Notes: generated from the sequence alone by a model not told the origin. DNA of 64,000 bases from an uncultured Candidatus Saccharibacteria bacterium (GCA_964615415.1 CAZTNI010000003.1:15235-79234), one strand, 5' to 3'; positions 28,803-40,092 are shown, numbered from the stretch's first letter. A program made the numbers and translations.

Positions 28803-29618
28803 CTAGATGATATCGGCGAAGAAGCGCTCTGTCTTTTTGAAGATAATGGTGCCCACGATAAGGAGAATGATGACTGCAATTGCAGAGAGGCCAATAAGAG
28901 TCCAGTTAATCGGTTCGGTGCCTAAAAGAGCGCCGCGAGCAGCTTTGATGACGCCGGTCATAGGGTTGAGCGCGAGGATCCACGAGTATGCGCCGGCCAA
29001 GCTTGCAGGATAAATAACAGGCGTAATAAAAAGAAGCATCTGGATAAAGTAGGGAAGCACGTAGCGTACATCGCGATATTTAACGTTGATAGCGCCAAGA
29101 AAAAGTCCGCCACCGAGCGCTGCTGCAAACGTGATCAGAAGTAAAAGGGGAAGGATGAGTAGGCCAGAAAGGTGTGGGGTATAACCGTAGTAAAACATCA
29201 ATCCAACAAGCACCAGAGAGGCAACCAAAAAGTCGACCAAATGCGTTAGTACTGCAGAGATAGGAAGTAAGAGTCGAGGGAAGTACACTTTCGTTACAAT
29301 CGATTGATTGCCAATAAGGCTGCCGCTTGCAGAGCCAAGTGCCGAGGAGAAAAACTGCCAAAACAGAAGTCCTACGTACACGAAAATAGGGTAGGGCACG
29401 CCGTCGGACGGCATTTTTGCGAGCGTGCCAAAAAAGATAGTGAACACAACCATCGCCATAAATGGTTGAAAGACGGCCCATGCAACCCCGACAAAGGTTT
29501 GCTTGTAGCGGATCTTGAGGTCGCGCCATGTAAAAAAGTACAACAGCTCTCTGTATTTCCAGATTTCTTCCAGGTCTCGCCAGGAGAAGGTTTTTTTAGG
29601 TCGAATAACAGTCTCCAT
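28803..29618 (-). CDS. wzm: ABC-2 type polysaccharide exporter permease (Wzm/TagG)
   Basis: 271 aa with 6 TM segments. Adjacent to the Wzt gene. Confidence 0.7.
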   Translation of the reverse strand: METVIRPKKTFSWRDLEEIWKYRELLYFFTWRDLKIRYKQTFVGVAWAVFQPFMAMVVFTIFFGTLAKMPSDGVPYPIFVYVGLLFWQFFSSALGSASGSLIGNQSIVTKVYFPRLLLPISAVLTHLVDFLVASLVLVGLMFYYGYTPHLSGLLILPLLLLITFAAALGGGLFLGAINVKYRDVRYVLPYFIQMLLFITPVIYPASLAGAYSWILALNPMTGVIKAARGALLGTEPINWTLIGLSAIAVIILLIVGTIIFKKTERFFADII

Positions 29619-29620
29619 GG

Positions 29621-31022
<1,402 letters not shown>

Positions 31023-31110
31023 ATAAACCTATAACTTAAGTGCAACTAGTAGAAGTGTCAAAAAGTTACTGAGTTGAGTAGTGCGGGGGTTACAAGCTAT
31101 ACTCGGCACT

Positions 31111-32109
31111 ATGAAAAAGGCAGTCATAACGGGGATTACAGGACAAGACGGGAGTTATCTGGCAGAACTGCTTCTTAATAAAGGATACGAAGTGCACGGG
31201 GTGATCCGCCGTTCCTCTACTTTTAATACGTCGCGCATCGATCACCTCTATAAAGATCCTCATTTAACCGGAGTTAAATTATTTTTCCACTACGGTGATA
31301 TTGCAGATGGAAATACGATTCGCAAACTCTTGTATCAAGTGCAGCCGGATGAATTTTACAATCTTGCCGCACAATCCCATGTGCGCGTTTCGTTTGATGT
31401 GCCTGAATATACTGCTGAGGTGACGGGGGTCGGGGTGCTGCGCGCACTTGAGGCTATTAAAGATTATCAAGAAAATACAGGTAAGAAAGTAAAGTTCTAC
31501 CAAGCATCTTCAAGTGAAATGTTCGGTTCTACTCCTCCTCCGCAGTCGGAACTCACGCCGTTTCATCCACGGAGTCCGTATGGTGTTGCAAAAGTGTTTG
31601 CATTCCATACGGTGGTAAATTATCGCGAGGCGTATAACCTGTTTGCAGTAAACGGTATTTTGTTTAATCACGAATCAGAGCGGCGAGGCGAAACGTTTGT
31701 GACGCGCAAGATCGCTCGCGGTGTTGCGCGTATTAAAGCAGGGCTTGATCAGAAATTATATTTAGGCAATTTGGAGGCGAAGCGCGATTGGGGCTACGCT
31801 CCGGAATATGTCGAAGCGATGTGGCTCATGTTGCAGCACGACACCCCTGAAGATTTTGTTATTGGTACAGGCGAAGCCTATAGTGTAGGAGAATTTACAA
31901 AAGAGGCGTTTGGGTACGCGGGCATTTTAGATTGGGAGAATTATGTTGAGATTGATCCACGGTACTATCGGCCTACTGAGGTAGATCATCTGGTGGCAGA
32001 CCCGCGTAAGGCGCAGGAAAAGCTAGGATGGAAGCCTACAACAACCGCGCCCGGCTTAATGCGGATTATGGTGCAACACGAGCTTGATCAGCTTGGGGTA
32101 CCGCGGTAA
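31111..32109 (+). CDS. gmd: GDP-mannose 4,6-dehydratase
   Basis: [47 protein letters not shown] is the canonical Gmd N-terminus. ATG at 31111. Confidence 0.85.
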   Translation: MKKAVITGITGQDGSYLAELLLNKGYEVHGVIRRSSTFNTSRIDHLYKDPHLTGVKLFFHYGDIADGNTIRKLLYQVQPDEFYNLAAQSHVRVSFDVPEYTAEVTGVGVLRALEAIKDYQENTGKKVKFYQASSSEMFGSTPPPQSELTPFHPRSPYGVAKVFAFHTVVNYREAYNLFAVNGILFNHESERRGETFVTRKIARGVARIKAGLDQKLYLGNLEAKRDWGYAPEYVEAMWLMLQHDTPEDFVIGTGEAYSVGEFTKEAFGYAGILDWENYVEIDPRYYRPTEVDHLVADPRKAQEKLGWKPTTTAPGLMRIMVQHELDQLGVPR

Positions 32110-32121
32110 AAGAGATGCTTC

Positions 32122-34401
32122 TTGTGCTATAGTAGTGCCCATATGCAGTATGCAAGTTACCTTCGTTGGGCGATTATTGGCGGGTTGTGTCTCGTTCCGT
32201 TCCTTGCGTTTTTGGTTGCCGATGGTGGCGTATTGCCGAGCATGTTCTTCCCGTACATTACGGGCAAAAACTTTGCATTCCGCTTTCTTATAGAAATTTT
32301 GCTCGGGCTCTATATCATCCTTGCAATACGAGAACCAAAATATCGTCCGCGATCGTCATGGATTTTGTATGCAGTGGGCGGCTTTGTTGCCTGGATGGGT
32401 ATTGCAACGCTTACCAGCGTTGACCCAGTAAAGAGTTTCTGGAGCAATTTTGAGCGCATGGAAGGGTACATAACACTCCTGCACTACCTCATGCTCTTTG
32501 TGGTTGCTGGAGCAGTACTTACTGCAGAAAAATGGTGGGACCGCTTTTTCCAGGTCTCTATTTCTTCCGGTGTACTCATGGCGCTCTACAGTATTGCACA
32601 GGCGCTCCAATGGTTCGGCCTCTCTCCTTCGTCACAGTCGGGTACGCGTGCGGATGCAACGTTCGGTAATGCTACCTACTTGGCAGTCTTTATGCTCCTC
32701 AATGCCTTCTTGGCGTTGTTTATGGCGGCACGAGTGCTGAGTGGCGGTAAGGACGAAGTTCGTCGCTCCCGAGAAGTCCTCATCTTCTATGGCGTAGCAT
32801 TTGTACTCCAGGTTGCGGCGCTCTTCTTTACTGAAACTCGCGGTGCCGCGCTCGGTCTCGTAGGTGGTCTTATAGTTGCAGCGGGTTATATAGCACTGCG
32901 TGGACAAGGTGGGCAGTGGGCGCTGTTGCGTAAAATCTCCATCGGCACGTTGGTGGGTATTGTTGCGCTTGCAGGGATCTTCTTTGCGCTTCGCGACACT
33001 TCGCTTATTCGCAATACACCAATGCTTGGCCGTCTTGCGTCTATCTCTCTTAACGACCCAACGACGATGTCGCGCTTCTCGCACATATGGCCTATGGCAA
33101 TCAATGGCGCGATGGAACGTCCTATTACCGGTTGGGGTCAGGAAAACTTTAACTTTATCTTCAACAAGTACTACTCGCCGGAGATGTACGCGCAGGAACA
33201 GTGGTTTGACCGCGCACACAATCAGTTCCTCGACTGGCTCGTTGCAGGCGGTATTCCTGCATTCCTGCTCTACACCTCGTTGTATCTGCTTGCAGCGCTC
33301 GCGATTATTCGTTCCCGCACGCTCTCGGTAGCAGAATCAGGCGTACTCCTCGGTTTGTTGGCGGGGTATGCGTTTAACAACCTCTTCGTGTTCGACAATG
33401 TCATGAGCGGCGTCTACTTCTTCCTCCTCTTGGCGTACGCACATGGGCTTTCTCGGAAAGAACTTCCAGGTTCCGTATTCCTGACACGTCCAGGGAGTGA
33501 CCAGATGGTTGCGATTGTGGCGCCTATTGTTCTTGTATTCGTTATCGGCAGCGCGTACACGCTTAACGTGCCTGGTGTCGCGCGTGCAATAACGATGATT
33601 GATGGTCTGCAATCAGTGAATCAAGATACGGGTCAACAGAAAGATCCGAAGGAAAATCTTGAAGCATTCAAGCGTGCGCTTACGTACGGCAACTTGGGTC
33701 GCCAAGAAAATGTTGAACAGCTGTACCAGTTTGCTTCAAATGCGATAGCTCCTTCCACTGCAATTTCTCCAGAATTAAAACAAGATGTGTATGCTACTGC
33801 GCGTACAGCAGGAGATGCTCTTATGGCGCAACGTAAGGATGATGCGCGTCTTGAACTCTTCTCTGCGGTGTTCTTGGCACAGTTTGGTCAGTATGATGGC
33901 GCGGTAGCGGCACTGACGAAGGCAGCTGAACACTCGCCGAATAAACAACAAATCCTCTTCCAGCTTGGTGCGACGTATCTGCAAAAAGGAGATACGGCAA
34001 ATGCGCTTGTACAGTTTAAGAAAGCGTACGACCTAGAGCCGAACTACAACGACGCGCGTATCTTCTATGCGATGGGCTACTACTACGCAGGACAGACCGC
34101 GCAGGGCGACGCATTGTTAAACGAAAAATTCGGCACAACCTTAGTAGATGATGCGCGCTTGCTTCAGACATATCAGAACTTGAAGATGTTTGACCGTGCG
34201 GTCGGCATTTGGAATAAGCGCATCGAACAGAATCCGAACGACGCGCAGCTCCATCTTGGACTTGCAACGGTCTACTTCCAGGCAAATAACATGACTGCGA
34301 CCGTTGCAACGCTTCGCAAGGTGGCTCAGCTTGACCCGTCGCTTGCCGCACAAATGCAGCAGCTCATAACGCAAATTGAAAACGGCACATTAAAGCCGTA
34401 G
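32122..34401 (+). CDS. O-antigen ligase (Wzy_C) family polytopic membrane protein with C-terminal TPR repeats
   Basis: Wzy_C motif FTETRGAALGL...AHNQFLDWLVAGGIPAF. The C-terminal ~270 aa hold TPR-like helical repeats (YDGAVAALTKAAEHSPN..., GDTANALVQFKKAYDLEPNYNDA...). Confidence 0.65.
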   Translation: MCYSSAHMQYASYLRWAIIGGLCLVPFLAFLVADGGVLPSMFFPYITGKNFAFRFLIEILLGLYIILAIREPKYRPRSSWILYAVGGFVAWMGIATLTSVDPVKSFWSNFERMEGYITLLHYLMLFVVAGAVLTAEKWWDRFFQVSISSGVLMALYSIAQALQWFGLSPSSQSGTRADATFGNATYLAVFMLLNAFLALFMAARVLSGGKDEVRRSREVLIFYGVAFVLQVAALFFTETRGAALGLVGGLIVAAGYIALRGQGGQWALLRKISIGTLVGIVALAGIFFALRDTSLIRNTPMLGRLASISLNDPTTMSRFSHIWPMAINGAMERPITGWGQENFNFIFNKYYSPEMYAQEQWFDRAHNQFLDWLVAGGIPAFLLYTSLYLLAALAIIRSRTLSVAESGVLLGLLAGYAFNNLFVFDNVMSGVYFFLLLAYAHGLSRKELPGSVFLTRPGSDQMVAIVAPIVLVFVIGSAYTLNVPGVARAITMIDGLQSVNQDTGQQKDPKENLEAFKRALTYGNLGRQENVEQLYQFASNAIAPSTAISPELKQDVYATARTAGDALMAQRKDDARLELFSAVFLAQFGQYDGAVAALTKAAEHSPNKQQILFQLGATYLQKGDTANALVQFKKAYDLEPNYNDARIFYAMGYYYAGQTAQGDALLNEKFGTTLVDDARLLQTYQNLKMFDRAVGIWNKRIEQNPNDAQLHLGLATVYFQANNMTATVATLRKVAQLDPSLAAQMQQLITQIENGTLKP

Positions 34402-34517
34402 CGGAAGGAGAAACAAAATACTGCTAGCCAAATGGTCTGGCCCGAGAGGCTTTAGAAGCCGATACGGGAGAACCGAGGACCTTTGGGGAGCAGTTTTTGT
34501 TTCTCTTGCACTTCTGC

Positions 34518-34545
34518 TTGACGCTCAAAAGGAGGGGACTATAAT
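34518..34545 (+). promoter_or_regulatory. Near-consensus sigma70-type promoter (TTGACG, 16-nt spacer, TATAAT)
   Basis: -35 TTGACG at 34518-34523 and -10 TATAAT at 34540-34545. Predicted TSS near 34552. Confidence 0.4.
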
Positions 34546-34551
34546 TACAGA

Positions 34552-34620
34552 TGTGAGTGCTAGTAGATGCTAGCCTAACAAAACACAGTCCACGAAAACA
34601 CCCGCCTCGGCGGGTATTTT
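34552..34620 (+). ncRNA. Candidate ~70-nt small RNA (unknown family)
   Basis: Bounded by the promoter at 34518-34545 and the intrinsic terminator at 34600-34620. An internal hairpin gctag-tagat-gctagc. No ORF. Confidence 0.3.
34600..34620 (+). terminator. Intrinsic terminator hairpin (cccgcc-tc-ggcggg followed by tattttcg)
   Basis: 6-bp GC stem followed by a T-rich tract. Confidence 0.45.
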
Positions 34621-34650
34621 CGTACCCGGAAGGGGAGTATACTAGTTCGT

Positions 34651-34746
34651 ATGAAGACCCTTATCATTTTGATAGCACTTGCAGCGTTTGCTGCATTGCT
34701 CTGGATCATCTTCAATCCGACTCTTAACGAGTTCGGATTGCTCTAA
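34651..34746 (+). CDS. 31-aa hydrophobic micro-protein (single TM)
   Basis: ATG 34651, TAA 34744-34746. Peptide MKTLIILIALAAFAALLWIIFNPTLNEFGLL. GGGGAG lies 13 nt upstream. Its own terminator follows. Confidence 0.35.
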   Translation: MKTLIILIALAAFAALLWIIFNPTLNEFGLL

Positions 34747-34756
34747 AAAGTGTCGC

Positions 34757-34785
34757 GCCGCCCCACCCTAGGGGCGGCTTTTGAT
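34757..34785 (+). terminator. Intrinsic terminator
   Basis: gccgcccc-acccta-ggggcggc followed by TTTT. Confidence 0.5.
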
Positions 34786-34889
34786 GTTGCTGTGTAAGGC
34801 TAGAAATACTATTGACTTTTACACTAAAATATGATACAATTGTAAATGGAGGCTGCCTGCATGTCGTGGGCACAAAATCGGAGGTTTGC

Positions 34890-35237
34890 ATGCTTTCTAG
34901 AACTCAGAAGATTTTTCTCCTCACTGTGGGCGGACTGATCATTGCGTGGGCGATTGGCATGTTCGTCTTCAACCTCAACTCGTTGTGGTGGGCGGTCGTT
35001 CCGATGATCATGGTCATCGGCGCGTTCGTCCTCTTCCTGCTGCCGGCAGCAGGCGAAGCTGTGCGTTCGGTCGCCGGTGTGAACCGTGACCTCAAGGAGC
35101 AGTGGCCAGGAATGTCGATCGGGCACAAGCTCGCTATCGTCGGCATCGTCGTCGCTGCTTTCGTGTTCCTCTACGTTCTCGTTGTCGTCGACCCGCTTCA
35201 GCTCAATGTGCTTGAGCTGATCGGTCTCGGTAACTGA
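34890..35237 (+). CDS. Small membrane protein (3 TM), hypothetical
   Basis: ATG 34890 with GGAGG 8 nt upstream; 115 aa, strongly hydrophobic. Confidence 0.55.
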   Translation: MLSRTQKIFLLTVGGLIIAWAIGMFVFNLNSLWWAVVPMIMVIGAFVLFLLPAAGEAVRSVAGVNRDLKEQWPGMSIGHKLAIVGIVVAAFVFLYVLVVVDPLQLNVLELIGLGN

Positions 35238-35253
35238 ACCCTTCAGGGGTCCC

Positions 35254-35290
35254 GAGCCGCTCCCTCTTGGAGCGGCTCTTTCTTTTGTTA
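35254..35290 (+). terminator. Intrinsic terminator
   Basis: 10-bp stem gagccgctcc/ggagcggctc with loop ctctt, followed by tttcttttgtt. Confidence 0.6.
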
Positions 35291-35392
35291 TACTGCACGT
35301 AGTGCGCCTCGAGCGGGGAGCGCTGCACTCACATTTGGACAATGTTTTGGAGCTCGCATCCGCTTCCCGCTCGGGTCACACTTTTTTCTGCT

Positions 35393-36403
35393 ATGGAGTT
35401 ACGAGAGAACGCGCCCCTTGCGCCACTTACGACATTTAAGATTGGCGGTCAGGCGCGTTTTTTGTTGCGTATCTATGACGCGCGCGAAATACCGAAAGCA
35501 CTGACGTTCGCTCGCTCGCAAAAACTTCCCGTCATGATACTCGGTGGTGGTTCTAATATGCTCATAGACGACGCTGGCTTTGAAGGAGTGGTGCTTAAAA
35601 TCGAAATTCGAGGAGCAGAACTCACCGATGCGCTTCTTGTTGCGGGTGCAGGAGAGGAATGGGACCCGCTTGTTGCGCAAGTGGTGGAGGCAGGGTATTG
35701 GGGTATAGAAAATCTCGCGGGTATCCCAGGCACTATTGGTGGCGCTGCAGTGCAAAATATCGGCGCGTACGGTACAGCGCTTTCAGAAGTGGTGGAATGG
35801 GTGGAGGTGTTTGATATGCGTACCGATATGGTGAAGCGTTTTACAAATGTCGACTGTGCGTTCGGCTATCGCACCAGTGCGATGAAGCGCGGGTTAGATC
35901 GTTTTATTGTGTTGCGTGTAGCACTACGCCTTACAAAAGAAGCCGCGCCAAATCTTTCTTATAAAGATTTAACAGAAACATTTGCAGCGAACCCTACACC
36001 GTCCCTTCAAGAAATTCGTAGGGCAGTGCTCGCAATTCGTGCTAAAAAATTTCCTAATCTTTCTCAAGAGGGGACCGCGGGTTCATTTTTTATGAATCCT
36101 GTCGTCTCGACTGAAGACGCCGCAACACTCCAAGCAAAATATCCTACGATGCCGGTCTTTCCGCTTCCGGAAGCAGGAGGGAGAGTAAAAATTCCTCTTG
36201 CGTGGCTGCTTGATAACGTACTGCATGCGCGTGGCATGCGCCACGGCAACGCACGATTATTTGAAGCGCAGCCTCTTGTGATTGCTGTTACGTGGCCCGC
36301 ATCATCGAGCGATGTTGTTGCACTTGCGAAAGAAGTACAAGAAAAAATTTTTTCTACATGCGGAATTACGATCGAACCAGAAGTTTGTATTATCCACAGA
36401 TAG
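35393..36403 (+). CDS. murB: UDP-N-acetylenolpyruvoylglucosamine reductase
   Basis: LTTFKIGGQARFLLRIYDAREIPKALTFARSQKLPVMILGGGSNML is the MurB FAD-binding N-terminus. ATG 35393 chosen within the longer ORF. Confidence 0.85.
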   Translation: MELRENAPLAPLTTFKIGGQARFLLRIYDAREIPKALTFARSQKLPVMILGGGSNMLIDDAGFEGVVLKIEIRGAELTDALLVAGAGEEWDPLVAQVVEAGYWGIENLAGIPGTIGGAAVQNIGAYGTALSEVVEWVEVFDMRTDMVKRFTNVDCAFGYRTSAMKRGLDRFIVLRVALRLTKEAAPNLSYKDLTETFAANPTPSLQEIRRAVLAIRAKKFPNLSQEGTAGSFFMNPVVSTEDAATLQAKYPTMPVFPLPEAGGRVKIPLAWLLDNVLHARGMRHGNARLFEAQPLVIAVTWPASSSDVVALAKEVQEKIFSTCGITIEPEVCIIHR

Positions 36404-36548
36404 AAAATTATTTTCATTGTATATATAGGTGCAATACTGAATAATGAACTACAGAGCATCGAGATGTGTTTTTTGTTTGCTCCTAGGGTAAACACTAAAC
36501 AAGGTCGAACGATGTGCAACCAAATGTGCGACTCCTGTCGCAACTAAC

Positions 36549-36611
36549 ATGGCAGCAAAAAAGAAAAAGAAAGCAACAAAGAAGAAGAAGGCAACTAAGA
36601 AGCGCCGTTAA
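36549..36611 (+). CDS. 20-aa poly-lysine micro-ORF (MAAKKKKKATKKKKATKKRR), possible leader peptide upstream of secA
   Basis: ATG 36549 to TAA 36609-36611. A-rich codons (aaaaaagaaaaagaaa). Hairpins follow. No clear Shine-Dalgarno sequence. Confidence 0.2.
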   Translation: MAAKKKKKATKKKKATKKRR

Positions 36612-36655
36612 CTTCTCGCCGCGAGTTCGCTTGCGGCATCCTCTCGATAGAAAAG

Positions 36656-36690
36656 TCCCCTCCGCCTCAGTGTGTAGGGGATTTTTCTTT
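36656..36690 (+). terminator. Terminator- or attenuator-like hairpin
   Basis: tcccct...agggga stem with a 14-nt loop, followed by tttttcttt. A second hairpin gccgcgag-ttcgc-ttgcggc lies just upstream. Confidence 0.35.
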
Positions 36691-36704
36691 GCTTTCCTGA
36701 ATGA

Positions 36705-39212
36705 GTGAAAAATGATACTATGCGAGCCATGCTTTCGCTCAAAAAACTCTTCGGGGACCCTGCGCAAAAAATGCTCAAGGGCACGGATGCTGTTGTTGCG
36801 TCAATTAATGCGCTTGAGTCAGCGTATCAAGCGCTTTCTGATGAAGAGTTACGCGCCAAGACTCATGCGCTGCGTAATAAACTCGCTGCGGGGGATACGC
36901 TCGATGATGTACTTCCAGACGCGTTTGCTGCGGTGCGCGAGTCTGCGCGTCGCACGGTAAAGCTGCGCCACTTCGATGTGCAGCTTGTGGGCGGTATGGT
37001 GCTTCATAAGCGCGGTATTGCTGAGATGAAAACCGGTGAAGGTAAGACGCTGGTAGCAACACTGCCGACGTATCTCAACGCTCTTATGAACAAGGGTGTG
37101 CATGTGGTAACTGTTAACGACTATCTTGCTCGCCGCGACGCAGTGTGGATGGGTCAGGTCTATCACGCACTCGGTATGTCAGTTGGTGTCATCAATAACA
37201 ATCAGTCGTTTCGCTATGATCCGTCACACAAAGAGCTTGATGAAGAACGTGACAAGGAAGGAAGTTTTAAAGTAGTGCATGAATTTTTGCGTCCGGTGTC
37301 GCGCCGCGAAGCGTACGAAGCCGATATTACCTACGGTACTAACTCGGAATTTGGCTTCGACTATTTGCGTGACAATATTGAATACGATCCGAAGAATCTC
37401 CGTCAGCGCGGGCACGCATTCGCTATTGTCGACGAAATTGACTCTATCTTGATCGACGAAGCACGTACTCCGCTCATTATCTCTGCTCCTGCACAAGAGT
37501 CAGAAGATCTCTATCGCACGTTTGCGAAGCTTGCGACCCAGCTCCAAAAAGATACGGACTACACGGTCGACGAAAAACTCAAAGCGATTCAGCTTACTGA
37601 TGCGGGTATTACACGCGCGGAAAAACTGCTTGGTATCGACAATTTGTACACAGAAGCCGGTATTAAATATGTGCACCACCTTGAAACTGCAGTGCGTGCA
37701 AAAGCACTCTTTGAGCGCGACAAAGCGTATGTGGTACGCAATGGGGAAGTGGTTATAGTCGATGAATTTACGGGTCGTATGCAGCCGGGTCGTCGTTGGT
37801 CTGAAGGTCTGCACCAAGCAGTAGAAGCGAAGGAAGGTGTGCCGGTACAAAAAGAGTCTCGTACCTACGCGTCTATTACGTATCAAAATTACTTCCGACT
37901 TTACGACAAGCTTGCAGGTATGACGGGTACGGCTAAAACCTCAAGCGAAGAGTTTTATAAAGTATACGGACTCGAAGTCGTTGAAATTCCGACCAATAAA
38001 CCTGTGGTCCGTAAAGACCTCACCGACCTTATTTTCCAAACCGAAAAAGGCAAGTTCCAAGCACTCGCTCGTGCAGTAAAAGAACGTCATCAAAAAGGTC
38101 AGCCAGTATTGGTGGGTACTGTTTCCATTGAAAAGAACGAGCTCTTGAGTGCATTTCTTAAACGTGAGGGCGTGCCGCACGAGATTTTGAACGCAAAGAA
38201 TCACGAACGAGAAGGCGAAATTGTTGCAGAAGCAGGTAAAAAGGGAAGAGTGACTGTCGCAACAAACATGGCTGGTCGCGGTGTCGACATCAAGCTTGGC
38301 GGTGCACTTGCAACGCCTGAGCAAGCGGATGAAATCCGTGCTTTGGGAGGTTTGGCAGTTATAGGTACTGAGCGCCACGAAGCGCGTCGTATCGACAACC
38401 AGCTGCGCGGTCGCTCGGGCCGCCAGGGTGACCCCGGCGAAACACAATTTTATGTGTCTCTTGAAGACACGCTCATGCGCGTCTTTGCGTCAGACATGAT
38501 CAAGAAGATGATGGGTCGCTTCGGTATTCCTGAAGATGAGCCCATCGCAAACGGTCTTGTCTCGCGCGCGCTTGAAACCGCGCAAACGAAGATTGAAGGA
38601 TTCCACTTCGACTCTCGTAAACACGTGCTCGAGTTCGACAATGTGCTTAACTTGCAGCGTCGTGCTGTCTACGACAAGCGTTACAAGATGCTCGTTGGCA
38701 GTAAAGAAGACGTAGAGGCAGTACTTACAGAACTTGCGAGCGAAAATGCTGAAGTACTCGCTATTCTTGCTAAGAAAGAAGAAGAACTGGGTAAAGACGC
38801 GCTCCTTGCTGCTGCTCGTACGATTGTGCTCCAAGTAATAGACATGCTTTGGATCGAGCACTTGGAATCGATGGAGTACTTGCGCGGCTCGGTAAATCTT
38901 CGTGCGTACGGCCAGCGCGATCCGCTGACGGAATACAAAAAAGAGGGTACGCGCCTCTATCGTGACATGGAGTTGATGCTGAAGTCCCGCGTATTTGAAC
39001 TTATTGAAGCGCTAACGCCCGACAAAGCCCCAACATCTTCGCTCGCTGCAACTCCTAAACCTGTAATTACTATCCCAGCCGCACTGCAGCAGGGCGATGG
39101 AGTAGAAATAGGACGTAATGACCCATGCCCTTGTGGCTCAGGAAAAAAGTGGAAGAATTGCGGGCTCATCAATAGTCAGGAACACCAGCAAAACTTGGCA
39201 AAGGTGAAGTAA
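36705..39212 (+). CDS. secA: Preprotein translocase ATPase SecA
   Basis: DEAD-like motor motifs (GEGKTLVATLP, VDEIDSILIDEARTPLIIS, TNMAGRGVDI) and the C-terminal zinc finger CPCGSGKKWKNCG; 835 aa. Start could instead be ATG 36729. Confidence 0.9.
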   Translation: MKNDTMRAMLSLKKLFGDPAQKMLKGTDAVVASINALESAYQALSDEELRAKTHALRNKLAAGDTLDDVLPDAFAAVRESARRTVKLRHFDVQLVGGMVLHKRGIAEMKTGEGKTLVATLPTYLNALMNKGVHVVTVNDYLARRDAVWMGQVYHALGMSVGVINNNQSFRYDPSHKELDEERDKEGSFKVVHEFLRPVSRREAYEADITYGTNSEFGFDYLRDNIEYDPKNLRQRGHAFAIVDEIDSILIDEARTPLIISAPAQESEDLYRTFAKLATQLQKDTDYTVDEKLKAIQLTDAGITRAEKLLGIDNLYTEAGIKYVHHLETAVRAKALFERDKAYVVRNGEVVIVDEFTGRMQPGRRWSEGLHQAVEAKEGVPVQKESRTYASITYQNYFRLYDKLAGMTGTAKTSSEEFYKVYGLEVVEIPTNKPVVRKDLTDLIFQTEKGKFQALARAVKERHQKGQPVLVGTVSIEKNELLSAFLKREGVPHEILNAKNHEREGEIVAEAGKKGRVTVATNMAGRGVDIKLGGALATPEQADEIRALGGLAVIGTERHEARRIDNQLRGRSGRQGDPGETQFYVSLEDTLMRVFASDMIKKMMGRFGIPEDEPIANGLVSRALETAQTKIEGFHFDSRKHVLEFDNVLNLQRRAVYDKRYKMLVGSKEDVEAVLTELASENAEVLAILAKKEEELGKDALLAAARTIVLQVIDMLWIEHLESMEYLRGSVNLRAYGQRDPLTEYKKEGTRLYRDMELMLKSRVFELIEALTPDKAPTSSLAATPKPVITIPAALQQGDGVEIGRNDPCPCGSGKKWKNCGLINSQEHQQNLAKVK

Positions 39213-39291
39213 GCAGGGAAGAGCTTGCCTTGTGGATAACCTTTGTGGTATAGTTTTTGCGGTTCTCTTTACATAGGAAAGGAGTAGAGCC

Positions 39292-39588
39292 ATGAAGACT
39301 GCTGATGAAGTGATTCGGGAGATCAACGAGATCGACCCGAATTCTCCACTGGCGCCGTTCGCTCTCGACGTAGCTGCCGATACTGTTGGCCAGCTCGTCA
39401 AGAACAAGAAGCGGCGTCTCTCTCTGGGTGATCGTCGGCGACTTGCGGAAGCTCTTGAGAACAAGGAGATCGAGATTGACCAGGGCCTTGGCCTTGGCGA
39501 CATTGATGACTTGCTCGCCGAAAGTGTGCAGCGCCAGGAACTGATCGGTATGCTGCGTCAGTCTCGCGTTTCGACGCAAGCAGCCTAG
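39292..39588 (+). CDS. Hypothetical 98-aa acidic protein
   Basis: AGGAAAGGAG RBS 7 nt upstream of ATG 39292. A strong terminator follows. Confidence 0.5.
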   Translation: MKTADEVIREINEIDPNSPLAPFALDVAADTVGQLVKNKKRRLSLGDRRRLAEALENKEIEIDQGLGLGDIDDLLAESVQRQELIGMLRQSRVSTQAA

Positions 39589-39615
39589 CGAGGCTTCAGT
39601 GCGCTACAAACTCTA

Positions 39616-39665
39616 ACGGCACGGTTTTCTCTTACACGAGGGACCCGTGCCGTTTTTCTTTTTAT
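39616..39665 (+). terminator. Intrinsic terminator
   Basis: 10-bp stem aacggcacgg/ccgtgccgtt followed by tttttcttttt. Confidence 0.6.
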
Positions 39666-39680
39666 ATACATACACAACAC

Positions 39681-39710
39681 AAAACCCGCTCTCGAGAGCG
39701 GGTTTTGTGT
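39681..39710. terminator. Bidirectional intrinsic terminator
   Basis: Perfect palindrome aaaacccgctctcgagagcgggtttt flanked by an A-tract and a T-tract. It serves the minus-strand KGG gene and acts as a backup for the plus-strand gene. Confidence 0.5.
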
Positions 39711-39738
39711 ATGGGAATGAAAGAACCATCAAAAGAAC

Positions 39739-40005
39739 TTAAAATCGTTCATCTGTTTCGAGCGCATCTGACTCTATTGAGTCAAGTTTGCCGTTTTCAG
39801 TATTGTTTTGCTGGTTCTGTGCGCGAGCCTGGCCTCCTTTGCGACCCGCTTCGCGAGCCTCAGCAGAGTCAAACTCGTGTGCAGTACCTTTCTCGTGAGC
39901 AGCTTTGCCACCCTGAGAGGCAATTTCGCGACGCTTCTCTTCATCCATAGAAGCGAAGCCTCGTTTGCTGCTATTGTTTTCGTTGTCTTCAAAGTTTTGC
40001 CACAT
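39739..40005 (-). CDS. KGG-repeat general stress protein (YciG/Con-10 family)
   Basis: ATG at 40005. Repeats SQGGKAAHEKG and GRKGGQA. Confidence 0.65.
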   Translation of the reverse strand: MWQNFEDNENNSSKRGFASMDEEKRREIASQGGKAAHEKGTAHEFDSAEAREAGRKGGQARAQNQQNNTENGKLDSIESDALETDERF

Positions 40006-40092
40006 AGTAGTGTGTTTAGTTAATTTTAAAACGCCCGTGCACACATTCACTCTACTGAGCTGTACCTTAAATTCAGGTTAAGAAGCGGGACT

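Noticed and set aside
34824-35342. 172-aa minus-strand ORF
   Set aside because: It is antisense to the small membrane-protein gene and its terminator. An RBS-supported plus-strand gene with a downstream terminator explains the region.
36064-36543. 159-aa minus-strand ORF overlapping the murB 3' end and the secA leader
   Set aside because: It is antisense to murB and has no start context. The region is better explained by murB plus a regulatory leader.
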